Shown here one piece after another: positions 8,507 through 17,229 of a DNA stretch of 64,000 nt. Position 1 is the first letter of the stretch; every line of letters starts with the position of its first letter. Both the position numbers and the translations under genes were made by a program. Where the stretch lies: positions 64,001 to 128,000 of the forward strand of contig CALKEP010000001.1 of NCBI GenBank assembly GCA_938084645.1, given 5' to 3'. The stretch is from an uncultured Phycisphaerales bacterium (GTDB taxonomy: Bacteria; Planctomycetota; Phycisphaerae; Phycisphaerales; SM1A02). The notes beneath the pieces were generated by a model. That model was not told the DNA's origin and did not search any database. It saw only the letters and a list, made by a program, of their open reading frames with translations.

Positions 8507-9838
8507 ATGGGTGAGGAGGCCTCATTGCTCGACGTCACGACGATCTCATGCGTCGCGGTCGCCTTCGCGGCGGGATTCACAGCGGCATGGATGCTGCTCG
8601 GAATCCGCATCCGCAGCGCGTGCCTCAGGCCGGAAGGGGCTCGTGGCGCGACCACGCCGGTCCGTTCCCTCGACGAGGCGCGGCGTCGTGAACTGGAATC
8701 GCTGAGTCGGGAGCACGTGCTGGCTCGACGCATCGTCGAGGAGCGTCTCGGTCGATTCGAGCGGATGTTCGCGTCGTTCCCCGATCCCATCCTGGTCCTC
8801 GACCGTCACGGCGAGGTGGTCGATGCCAATCCCGCGGCGAGGTCGCTCGCCGGCCTCGAGGCGGAGGCCGACCCCATCGATGCCGTCCATCCCCGATCGC
8901 TCGAGGTCATGATCGGGGACCGGGCGACGGTTCGCGATCTGCTCGAACACGTTCGGGCCGTGGTGGCGGGCGGTGCGGATGCGGTGCGGACGGCCGAGTT
9001 CGAGCTCGAATCGCATGGCTCGGACACGGAGGAGGCCCGCACCCGCGCCTTCGAGGCGATGGTCCGCACCCTCGACGATCACGGGCGAACGATTCTCGTG
9101 ATGCATGACACGACGCGGGAACGCGACTCCTCACGGCTCAAGAGCGAATTCGTGGCGAAGGCGAGTCACGAACTCCGAACGCCGCTGAGCTCGATCCACG
9201 CGTCCCTCGAGATGCTCGCCGACGGTGATCTGCAGGACCAGGCCCAGCGGACCGAGTTCCTCGAGATCGCCATGGAAGAGACCGGTCGACTCGCGAAACT
9301 GGTCAACGACATGCTCGACATCAGCGGCATCGAAGCCGGTGTCGCACGACCGCACATGGCCCAGGTGGATCTGGCCGAGATCGCGACCGACGTCGTCGAG
9401 GGACTCCGGGCCGCCGCCGACCGAAGATCGGTCGACCTGCGACTGCACGTCCAGCCGGGTCTGCTGGTCGAGGGCGATGCGGAGATGCTCTCGGCGGTGG
9501 TCGGCAATCTCGTGGGGAACGGGCTCAAGTACGTTCCCGAGGGAGAGCGGGTGACGGTGACGGTCGATGCGGAGGATCTCACCCGCTCCGTGGTGGTGAC
9601 CGTGACGGACACCGGCCTCGGCATCCCCCCGGAGGATCTCGACCGGGTCTTCGACAAGTTTTATCGGATCAAGCGATACGAGCGGAATGCTCGTGGAACC
9701 GGTCTCGGGCTCAATCTTTGCCGAAACATCGTCGAGCAGGTTCATCACGGTCGGATCGGAGTCGATTCAAGACTGGGTGAAGGCGCGCGATTCTGGTTCA
9801 GCGTGCCCGCCTCACATCCTGCTTCGATGGCGGCCTGA
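8507..9838 (+). CDS. PAS-domain sensor histidine kinase
   Basis: One TM; PAS (FPDPILVLDRHGEVVDANPAA); H-box SHELRTPL; N, G1 (DTGLGI), F and G2 (GTGLGL) boxes. Confidence 0.93.
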   Translation: MGEEASLLDVTTISCVAVAFAAGFTAAWMLLGIRIRSACLRPEGARGATTPVRSLDEARRRELESLSREHVLARRIVEERLGRFERMFASFPDPILVLDRHGEVVDANPAARSLAGLEAEADPIDAVHPRSLEVMIGDRATVRDLLEHVRAVVAGGADAVRTAEFELESHGSDTEEARTRAFEAMVRTLDDHGRTILVMHDTTRERDSSRLKSEFVAKASHELRTPLSSIHASLEMLADGDLQDQAQRTEFLEIAMEETGRLAKLVNDMLDISGIEAGVARPHMAQVDLAEIATDVVEGLRAAADRRSVDLRLHVQPGLLVEGDAEMLSAVVGNLVGNGLKYVPEGERVTVTVDAEDLTRSVVVTVTDTGLGIPPEDLDRVFDKFYRIKRYERNARGTGLGLNLCRNIVEQVHHGRIGVDSRLGEGARFWFSVPASHPASMAA

Positions 9839-10255
9839 ATGAACGCAGACCCTGAAAACCGGCGACGACGAATTCTGGTCGCGGACGACGAGGAGTACAT
9901 CGTGCGCGTGGTCTCCTTCAAGCTGGAGAGCGCCGGGTACGACGTCGTGGAGGCGATCGACGGCGCAGACGCCTGGTCGAAGGTCCGGGGGGGCGACATC
10001 GATCTCGTTCTCACCGACCATCAGATGCCCCTCATGACCGGGCTCGAGCTCGCAGGCAGGATCGCCGGCGATCCCTCGACCCGGCACATCCCCGTGATCA
10101 TGCTGACCGCGCGGGGCTTCAGGCTCGACGCGGAGGAGATCGTGGCGAGTCGCATCGTCGAACTGATCGCGAAGCCGTTCTCGCCCCGCGGTCTGCTCGA
10201 TCGAATTCGCGAGACGCTGGAAGCCGCGGAACGGGGCGGGGAGCGTGCGGCATGA
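9839..10255 (+). CDS. Single-domain (CheY-like) response regulator
   Basis: ILVADDE, DLVLTDHQMPLMTGLEL (phospho-acceptor Asp), MLTARG, KPF; no output domain. Confidence 0.93.
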   Translation: MNADPENRRRRILVADDEEYIVRVVSFKLESAGYDVVEAIDGADAWSKVRGGDIDLVLTDHQMPLMTGLELAGRIAGDPSTRHIPVIMLTARGFRLDAEEIVASRIVELIAKPFSPRGLLDRIRETLEAAERGGERAA

Positions 10256-11832
10256 TCGAAACCCGAACACGCGACGGTTCCCTCGACCTCGCCCTCGCCG
10301 CGGATCTCGCGGGCGTGGGGGGTAGCTGGATACCGATTCAGGATGATCGTCCACGGTGGTCGACGGTCGAGGATTCGGTCGGTCGCTGGCGACAGGCGCT
10401 CCTGTCGAACGCGGCGGTCGTTCGCACCGCGGTCGAAGCGCGGCTCGCGGACCTCGTCGGCGGAGACGGCGGCATCGTCGAGCTGATGCCCGGCGTATTC
10501 GCGATCGGGTGCGTGTCGGAGGGGCGTCGCGGTCGGTCGAGCGGCGTGGTGCTGTTGCCCACCGTCGAGCTCGTCACCGAAGGGTCCTTCGCCATGATCT
10601 GCACCGCGTCCCGGCTCGACGAACGGATCCTCCGTCGGTTCGCGGCACGTGACGAGCTGCCGGGCCGAGCGGCGATTCCCGCGATCGGCGTGCTCGTTCG
10701 ACGGCTGCACGAGGCGGCGCGGCAACGATTCGAGGATCGAGCGGCCGCCCAGTCCGTGGACCGTCGGCTCTCCGAAAGCTACGAGGAACTCCACCTCCTC
10801 AACTCGCTCATCGACGGACTGGTGGTGGGCGGGGATCCCGGCGACTTCCTCGCCTCGGCCTGTCGTGAGATCGCCGCGACGGCGGGCTATCGGTGGATCG
10901 CGGTACTGCTCGACGATCCCGGCGCCTGCCCGGTCGACGACTTCATCGTGCACGGCGACGTCGCCCCTTCCCGGGCGGAGATCCGTCGGATCATCGAGCT
11001 CGCGGAGACCAGCACCGCCACCGCGATCATGGATTCTGCCCATGGCGAGATCGGTCTCGCCGCGGTGCGTGGGGGCGATCGAAACCTCGGAACGCTGGTG
11101 GCCGGTGGACGCGAAGGCGAGCCGATCTCCAGCATCGAGCTGACCCTGCTCGCTTCCGCGGCGGGACACCTCGGGGTGTTCCTCCGGAACGCCACGCTCT
11201 ACTCCGATCTCGACGAGATGTTCCTGGGAACGCTTCAGGCGATGGTCGCCGCGATCGACGCGAAGGACCCCTACACGAGAGGTCACTCGCAGCGGGTGGC
11301 GATCCTGAGTCGGGATCTCGCCGCGGCGATCGGTCTGCCCGAGGAATTCGTCCGTACCGCCCACCTCTCCGGTCTCGTTCACGATCTCGGCAAGATCGGG
11401 GTTCCGGAAGCGGTGCTCTGCAAGTCGGGGCGGCTCGACGAAGCGGAGTTCGCGGCGATCCGCCAGCATCCGCAGATCGGCTTCCGGATCCTGCGCGACA
11501 TCCCGCAGATCCGGGATCTCCTTCCCGGCGTCCTCTGCCATCACGAGGCGTGGGACGGGAGCGGCTATCCCGCCGGGCTCGAGGGCGACGAGATTCCACT
11601 TCTCGCCCGCATCGTCGCGGTGTGCGACAGTTTCGACGCGATGAGTTCGAGTCGGACCTATCGAAGAGCGATGCCGCGGGACGAGGTCTTCGCGGAGATG
11701 ATCCGTTGCGAGGGAAGCCAGTTCGATCCCTCGATCATCCCGGTGTTCATCGGCATGGACCTGACGGAATACGACCGACTGCTCGCCCGCGACGCCAGCG
11801 CGGCGGCCGCGGATGATCGGAGGGCGGCATGA
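10252..11832 (+). CDS. HD-GYP cyclic-dinucleotide phosphodiesterase with GAF-like N-terminal region
   Basis: AKDPYTRGHSQRV, VHDLGKIG, HHEAWDGSGYPAGL, VCDSFDAM..RTYR, QFDP all intact. Confidence 0.92.
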   Translation: MIETRTRDGSLDLALAADLAGVGGSWIPIQDDRPRWSTVEDSVGRWRQALLSNAAVVRTAVEARLADLVGGDGGIVELMPGVFAIGCVSEGRRGRSSGVVLLPTVELVTEGSFAMICTASRLDERILRRFAARDELPGRAAIPAIGVLVRRLHEAARQRFEDRAAAQSVDRRLSESYEELHLLNSLIDGLVVGGDPGDFLASACREIAATAGYRWIAVLLDDPGACPVDDFIVHGDVAPSRAEIRRIIELAETSTATAIMDSAHGEIGLAAVRGGDRNLGTLVAGGREGEPISSIELTLLASAAGHLGVFLRNATLYSDLDEMFLGTLQAMVAAIDAKDPYTRGHSQRVAILSRDLAAAIGLPEEFVRTAHLSGLVHDLGKIGVPEAVLCKSGRLDEAEFAAIRQHPQIGFRILRDIPQIRDLLPGVLCHHEAWDGSGYPAGLEGDEIPLLARIVAVCDSFDAMSSSRTYRRAMPRDEVFAEMIRCEGSQFDPSIIPVFIGMDLTEYDRLLARDASAAAADDRRAA

Positions 11833-12164
11833 AACTCCGTTTCGAGGACCATGGCCCGCTCTGCGTCGTGCAGGTCGAGGGCGAACTCGTGGGTGAGTCG
11901 TCGGACTCGCTGCGCCGCGCGTGCCGCGAGCGGCTCGAAGGCGGCTCGAGGGACTTCATTCTCGACGTCTCGACGACGTCGGGGATCGACTCCGCCGGAC
12001 TCGAGGCGCTGCTCGAACTCGCCGATGCCGCGACGGAACGACGCGGCCGCTGTCTGATCGCGGGGCCCGAGGCCTCGCTCAAGACGGTGCTCGACATCAC
12101 GCGCGTGAGTGATCGTCTCGAGATACACGACGAAGTGGCTTCCGCGACGAGGGTGCTTCGATGA
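11829..12164 (+). CDS. STAS-domain anti-sigma-factor antagonist
   Basis: 111 aa; VVQVEGEL, ILDVSTTSGIDSAGLEAL with the conserved phosphorylatable Ser. Confidence 0.88.
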   Translation: MKLRFEDHGPLCVVQVEGELVGESSDSLRRACRERLEGGSRDFILDVSTTSGIDSAGLEALLELADAATERRGRCLIAGPEASLKTVLDITRVSDRLEIHDEVASATRVLR

Positions 12165-13906
12165 CATCACGCTCCACCACATCGTCCACGACGAAGGCTC
12201 AAGGAACCTCGACGCTCGGGATCGCGCCGCTCGGGGAGACGCTCATCGAAGCGGGATCGATCACCCGCACCCAGCTCGAGACGGCGCTCGCGAGCCAGCG
12301 AGAAAGCGGCGACCACAGACTCCTCGGCGAGGTGCTGGTCGGTCTCGGATTCGCCGACGAGGCGACCATCGCGGAGGGCCTCGCCGCCGGCTGCGGACTT
12401 CCCTTCGTCCGTGACCCCGCACGAATCGCCGATCCGACGGTGGTCGAGCTGCTGTCCCGCGACTTCGCACGGCAGCACCGAGTGCTTCCGCTCTTCCTGG
12501 TGCGCGGAACCCTGACCATCGCCGCCGCGGAACCCTCCAACGTCTACCTCTTCGAGGAGATCGCGCGACGGACCGGTCATCGCGTCCAGGTCGCCGCCGC
12601 GTCGGCATGCGAGCTCGAGGCCGCGATCGAGAACTGGCTTCCGGCCGCGAACGTGTTCGTGATCGACGACATCCACGAAGGCGTCGAGAACGCGGATCTC
12701 ACGGTGCTGGAGCGGCAGGTCTCCGAGATCACCGATCTCGCGGAGATCGCGGGGCATGGTCCCGTCGTCCGGCTGGTGAACTGGTTGATCCACGATGCCG
12801 TCGAGGAGGGGGCCAGCGACATCCACGTCGAGCCCGGTGATCGTGATCTCCGGATCCGATTCCGGATCGATGGAAGGCTCCACGAGAAGATCCGACCTCC
12901 TCATCGAATGGCGCCCGCGATCACCAGTCGCATCAAGATCATGGCGGAGCTGGACATCGCGGAGCGGCGGCTCCCGCAGGATGGAGACATCCACGTCCTG
13001 CTCGACGGGCGCCGGGTGGACCTCCGTGTCTCGACCATGTCGGGACGTCAGGGCGAAAAGGTCGTGATTCGGATCATCGACAGCCGCAACGCGATCGTGG
13101 CTCCGGAACGACTCGGCATGTCCGCGTCGATCCGCGATGCGTGGTCGGATCTGCTGGCGGCTCCGAACGGCGTGGTTCTGGTCACCGGGCCGACCGGCAG
13201 CGGCAAGAGCACCACGCTCTACTCGGCCCTCGGGTCGATGGACGCCGACACCTTGAATCTCTCGACCATCGAGGATCCGGTGGAAGCGGTGATTCCCGGC
13301 GTCAATCAGTTCCAGGTGAACGATCGCACCGGCTTCTCCTTCCCGTCAGCGCTGCGATCGATGCTGCGTCAGGATCCTGATGTGGTGATGGTCGGCGAGA
13401 TTCGAGACGAGGAGACGGCGGCGATCGCCGCGCAGGCGGCCCTGACCGGGCACCTCGTGCTTTCATCCCTGCACACCAACGACGCGTGCGGTGCGCCCGT
13501 CCGGCTCGTCAATCTCGGCGTCGAACCGTTCCTGGTGGCGACCGTGCTTCGCGGCGTGCTCGCCCAGCGGCTCATCCGCCGGATCTGCCCGCAGTGTCGC
13601 CGAGAGGTGGACGTGGAGGCGAGCGTCCGTCGCCTGGTCGAAGAGGTCGCGGCGGTGGAGGTGTTCCACGCCGGCGAGGGCTGCCAGCGATGCCGGGGCA
13701 CCGGCTTCAGCGGCCGGGCCGGGGTGTTCGAACTGCTCCTTCCCGATCAGGGGATCTGCGACGCGATCTCCACGACGGTTCCCCACCGGGAACTGGTCGA
13801 GATCGCGCGGCAGGGCGGCTTCGAGTCGATGCGGATCGACGGCCTGCGGAAGGTCGCCGAAGGACTGACCACGGTCGAGGAGGTACTGGCGGCCACCGCC
13901 GCCTGA
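12161..13906 (+). CDS. GspE/PilB/MshE assembly ATPase with N-terminal MshEN-like domain
   Basis: Walker A GPTGSGKST, TIEDPVE, LRQDPDVVMVGEIRD, TGHLV..LHTND, CPQC/CQRC zinc site; N-terminal LGETLIEAG...LETALASQ...LLGEVLV repeats. Confidence 0.95.
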   Translation: MTSRSTTSSTTKAQGTSTLGIAPLGETLIEAGSITRTQLETALASQRESGDHRLLGEVLVGLGFADEATIAEGLAAGCGLPFVRDPARIADPTVVELLSRDFARQHRVLPLFLVRGTLTIAAAEPSNVYLFEEIARRTGHRVQVAAASACELEAAIENWLPAANVFVIDDIHEGVENADLTVLERQVSEITDLAEIAGHGPVVRLVNWLIHDAVEEGASDIHVEPGDRDLRIRFRIDGRLHEKIRPPHRMAPAITSRIKIMAELDIAERRLPQDGDIHVLLDGRRVDLRVSTMSGRQGEKVVIRIIDSRNAIVAPERLGMSASIRDAWSDLLAAPNGVVLVTGPTGSGKSTTLYSALGSMDADTLNLSTIEDPVEAVIPGVNQFQVNDRTGFSFPSALRSMLRQDPDVVMVGEIRDEETAAIAAQAALTGHLVLSSLHTNDACGAPVRLVNLGVEPFLVATVLRGVLAQRLIRRICPQCRREVDVEASVRRLVEEVAAVEVFHAGEGCQRCRGTGFSGRAGVFELLLPDQGICDAISTTVPHRELVEIARQGGFESMRIDGLRKVAEGLTTVEEVLAATAA

Positions 13907-13910
13907 AGGC

Positions 13911-15137
13911 ATGAGCGAGACCGCCACCTGGTCCTGGCAGGCCCGTGACGCGACGGGTCGACTGATTCGCGGGACGCAGACAGCGTCCGATGCGGCGGAG
14001 GTCGCCTCGCGCCTGCGATCGGAGGGGCGGGTGGTGCTCGCCATCGACCGGACCATCGGCACCGCGATCCGAGCCGAGGGAAGTGGATTCCTTCCGCGTC
14101 GGCGAGCCTCCGGCGCGGCGGTCGCGGCATTCGTGCGCCAGTTGTCCGTGATGCTCGACTCCGGCGTGCCGGTGGTCGAGGCGATCGACGTGGTCCGTGA
14201 CCAGACCTCGGATCGTCGTCTCGCGGACGATCTCGTGCAGGTCCGCGATGAAGTGGAGAACGGCGGGAATCTCAGTGACGCGCTCGCCCGGTCCTCGGAG
14301 ACCTTCCCACCCGTGGCGGTGGGGCTGGTCCGCGCCGCGGAAGCGGTGGGGGATCTTCCGGGGATGTTCGAACGCCTCGCCGACTGGCTGCAACGCGAAC
14401 AACGAATCAAGCGACAGGTTCGATCGGCCCTTGCGTATCCGGCGATTCTGGCCGTGGTGGGATCGGCGATCACGATCCTCCTGGTGGCGTTCGTGATGCC
14501 TCGGTTCGAGGCGATCTACGCGCAGCGTTCCGCGGAACTGCCGCCGTTGACCGAAGGCGTGCTCGCGACCGGCCGATTCGTGACCACTGGTTGGCGAGTC
14601 TGGGGGCCGGCGATCTTCGCGATCGTCGTGACGGGGATGTTCGCGCGACAGACGATGCTGGTGCGTCGGATCGTCGAGCGAATCCACTTCGACGCGCCGA
14701 TGCTTCGTGCCGTGATCCGACCCGCGGAGCTCGCACGCATGACCCGTACGCTCGCCGTCCTGCTGAAGGCCGGCGTTCCGCTGCTCGATGCGATCACCAT
14801 CTGCCGGGGCCTGAGTCCGTGGCGCCGTTGGGCTCGCTTCTGGGACGGCATCGAGGAGCGTGCTCGAAACGGCGACGGGATCTCGGAAGGATTCGACGTC
14901 GAGGAACTGGTTCCCGGAAGCGGCCGCGCGATGATCGCGGCCGGCGAGCGAGCCGGACGCCTGCCGGAAGTGCTCGAACGGGTCGCCGACGCGGCGGACG
15001 AGGATCTCGATGTCGCGGTGAAGCGGGTCTCCGTGACCCTCGAACCGCTTGCGATCATCGTGCTCGGCGGGGTGATCGGGGTGGTCGCGATCGCGCTTCT
15101 GCTGCCCGTTTTCAAGATGAGCACCATCGCGGGTTGA
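13911..15137 (+). CDS. GspF/PilC inner-membrane platform protein
   Basis: FVRQLSVMLDSGVP, ALAYPAIL, AGERAGRL, LEPLAII..LLLPVF motifs. Confidence 0.93.
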   Translation: MSETATWSWQARDATGRLIRGTQTASDAAEVASRLRSEGRVVLAIDRTIGTAIRAEGSGFLPRRRASGAAVAAFVRQLSVMLDSGVPVVEAIDVVRDQTSDRRLADDLVQVRDEVENGGNLSDALARSSETFPPVAVGLVRAAEAVGDLPGMFERLADWLQREQRIKRQVRSALAYPAILAVVGSAITILLVAFVMPRFEAIYAQRSAELPPLTEGVLATGRFVTTGWRVWGPAIFAIVVTGMFARQTMLVRRIVERIHFDAPMLRAVIRPAELARMTRTLAVLLKAGVPLLDAITICRGLSPWRRWARFWDGIEERARNGDGISEGFDVEELVPGSGRAMIAAGERAGRLPEVLERVADAADEDLDVAVKRVSVTLEPLAIIVLGGVIGVVAIALLLPVFKMSTIAG

Positions 15138-15481
15138 GCCGTTCTAGGCCTCGAAACGCCGTCCAGGGGGTTCGAAGGGGTGGGAGATGTCCCCCTCGGG
15201 AGTCCGCGGGCGAAAGATCGCGGCGCGGAGCGACTTGTGTCGATGTTCCTCGTAGTCGCGATCATGGACGCAGCGATCGCGAGGAGCGCCCCGGTGACGG
15301 GTTGTCTCGGGTCGGCGAACCAGGGAAGGTCAGCCGACACCGTGAAGCCCATGACTTCGCCCGCATGGAAGCAGGCGGACTCGACCGGGAGCGGGAAGGC
15401 CGGATCACGGACGATCCGGCCATGGCGTTTCCGGAGAATTCCCGGAACGTCCGATGGCCCAGCGTCGTAGGGAACGATGTC

Positions 15482-15700
15482 ATGCCGAACAAGAAGAGCA
15501 ATGAAACCGATGGAGTGCGACGGCGTGCGGCACGGATGGCCGCATCGCTCGAGCCGCAGGACCATGCCGTGCTCGCCCTGCGTTTCGGGGAGAACCTGAG
15601 CATCGGCGAGACCGCCGCCGTACTGAGGATGAACCCCGACGAGGTACGGTCGACGGTCAACCGCGTGGTCGGAATGCTTCATCGACGCGTCGATTCCTGA
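15482..15700 (+). CDS. Stand-alone sigma-70 region 4-like HTH protein (72 aa)
   Basis: SLEPQDHAVLALRFGENLSIGETAAVLRMNPDEVRSTVNR matches the sigma r4 pattern; upstream in-frame sequence does not look protein-like. Confidence 0.7.
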   Translation: MPNKKSNETDGVRRRAARMAASLEPQDHAVLALRFGENLSIGETAAVLRMNPDEVRSTVNRVVGMLHRRVDS

Positions 15701-15795
15701 AGCGAGCGACACGTCCACTTGATCAACCCGTCGCCTCGGCCACGCACGTGAATCGCGTGGGGCCCGGGCAGCGTGACAACCCGTCCACCACACTG

Positions 15796-15827
15796 CGCCC
15801 CCGCGATCCTCCGGATCCGCGGGGGCG
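15796..15827. terminator. GC-rich hairpin between convergent genes (possible terminator)
   Basis: cgcccccgcg (15796-15805) pairs with cgcgggggcg (15818-15827); no strong U-tract. Confidence 0.4.
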
Positions 15828-15860
15828 TTCCGAATCAGGATTCCTCACCACGATCCGGCT

Positions 15861-16892
15861 TCAGAAGAGTGACAACAGGATCCCGAGATCGATGCCGTTC
15901 GTCACGCCGTCCAGATTGAAGTCCGTCGCCGGGTCGGCGGTCCCCCACGAGGCGAGGAAGATTCCGAGATCGCCACCACCGACGATGCAGTCTCCGTCGA
16001 GGTCGCCGGGAATCGCGCATCCATCGGTGATCTCACCCACGATCCGAAGGGTGGCGGCGCTGCGAACGCCGACGATCACGAGCGGATTCTCCCGCATGTA
16101 GAGGTCCACGAAGTCGCCACCCTGCTGTTCGGCCTCGACGAGGGAGGACAGGGAGAAGAGCATCCGCCCGGCATCGAGGCCGGTCCCGAGCCAGTGAGCG
16201 ACGGCCGGATCCGACCCGTCGAACTCGAACCGGAGCACGGTGCCTTCCGCGAGTTCGACCCCCGGGGCCGATCCCTCGGCGATTCCAATCGCGAGCGGCG
16301 TCGCGGTGAATCCATCCACGACCGAGTTCGAGACGTCTCGGAGGCCGCCCCCCGGGAGGCATTCCGCGGCGAACGCGTTTCGCACGCCCTCGCCGAACGG
16401 GCCGACCGGACTGAATGCCGTGGTCTCCGTCCAGGAGGCCGCGGAGACGCGATTCCGGAACCCGGTCGCGAAGAGCTCGATCGGTCTGCCGGGATCGTCG
16501 TCCGCCAGATACTGGGGATGATCGGGAGGGAGGTGGGTCCGCCAGTCGTCGACACTCGGGTCGTATCCGCCCGAGAGGGGATCGGCGAGCGTGATCTCGA
16601 TCACGATCGAGTCGACCTGGTACCGGTCCGCACCGGCGCCGGCGGGCACGAGGGCCGTGGTGTCGAAGTCGAGGACGATCTGGCCGTCACGATCGTCGAA
16701 CTCGTACAGCGTCCCCGTGTATCCGAAGACGGAGGCGACCGGACGGGATCCGGGCGTCGCGTTGAAGCCGTAGTTCCAGCGATCGGAGGTCGGTTCCGGA
16801 AACACCGCGTCGAAGGACTCCGACCACGATGTACCGGCGACGAGCATGGTCAGGCAGGCACCGGCGAGGAGCGTGTCACGAACGGAAATCAT
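15861..16892 (-). CDS. Secreted protein with C-terminal dockerin-like (twin DxDxDG) module
   Basis: Signal peptide MISVRDTLLAGACLTMLVAGTSWS; C-terminal GDLDGDCIVGGGDLGIFLASWG...DFNLDGVTNGIDLGILL. Confidence 0.8.
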   Translation of the reverse strand: MISVRDTLLAGACLTMLVAGTSWSESFDAVFPEPTSDRWNYGFNATPGSRPVASVFGYTGTLYEFDDRDGQIVLDFDTTALVPAGAGADRYQVDSIVIEITLADPLSGGYDPSVDDWRTHLPPDHPQYLADDDPGRPIELFATGFRNRVSAASWTETTAFSPVGPFGEGVRNAFAAECLPGGGLRDVSNSVVDGFTATPLAIGIAEGSAPGVELAEGTVLRFEFDGSDPAVAHWLGTGLDAGRMLFSLSSLVEAEQQGGDFVDLYMRENPLVIVGVRSAATLRIVGEITDGCAIPGDLDGDCIVGGGDLGIFLASWGTADPATDFNLDGVTNGIDLGILLSLF

Positions 16893-17229
16893 GTCGTTTC
16901 TCGGTTCATTCGATTCATCGGGAGAAGGAGCCACGGATCCGGTTCGATCCTCGTGGAATGGCGTCCGGCGATCAAGCGGAAGCATGGAAAGAAGCGTCCG
17001 TTCGCCTACGAGAGGGTTCGATCCCGGTTCGTGACGGGTGCGGAAATCCGCGAAATCCAACGAACGCGGATGGTCGACTCAGCGATCGATGAGGACGATC
17101 TGGAACGGTCCTCGGGGGGGCGTCTCTTCCGATCGAATTCCGCCTCACGATCGCTGGATCGACTAGAATTCCACGAAATCGGGGTCCGAGTTGCACCCCG
17201 CGGATCCCGGCCACGGACCATCTCTTTCC

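Noticed and set aside
15200..15380. Possible c-di-GMP riboswitch or SRP RNA (GAAA loop, GGAAGCAG)
   Set aside because: Lacks the GGCAAA...GACGCAAAGC core of c-di-GMP-I and the SRP domain IV arrangement; kept only as an unassigned structured region.
16935..17030. Two GGTTCGATCC T-loop-like motifs suggesting a tRNA
   Set aside because: No 5-bp T stem, acceptor stem or anticodon arm can be formed; TCGATC is very common in this DNA.
16893..17229. Cobalamin riboswitch or sigma28 promoter in the divergent spacer
   Set aside because: No B12-box elements found; a CCGATGA on the minus strand has no correctly spaced -35 element.
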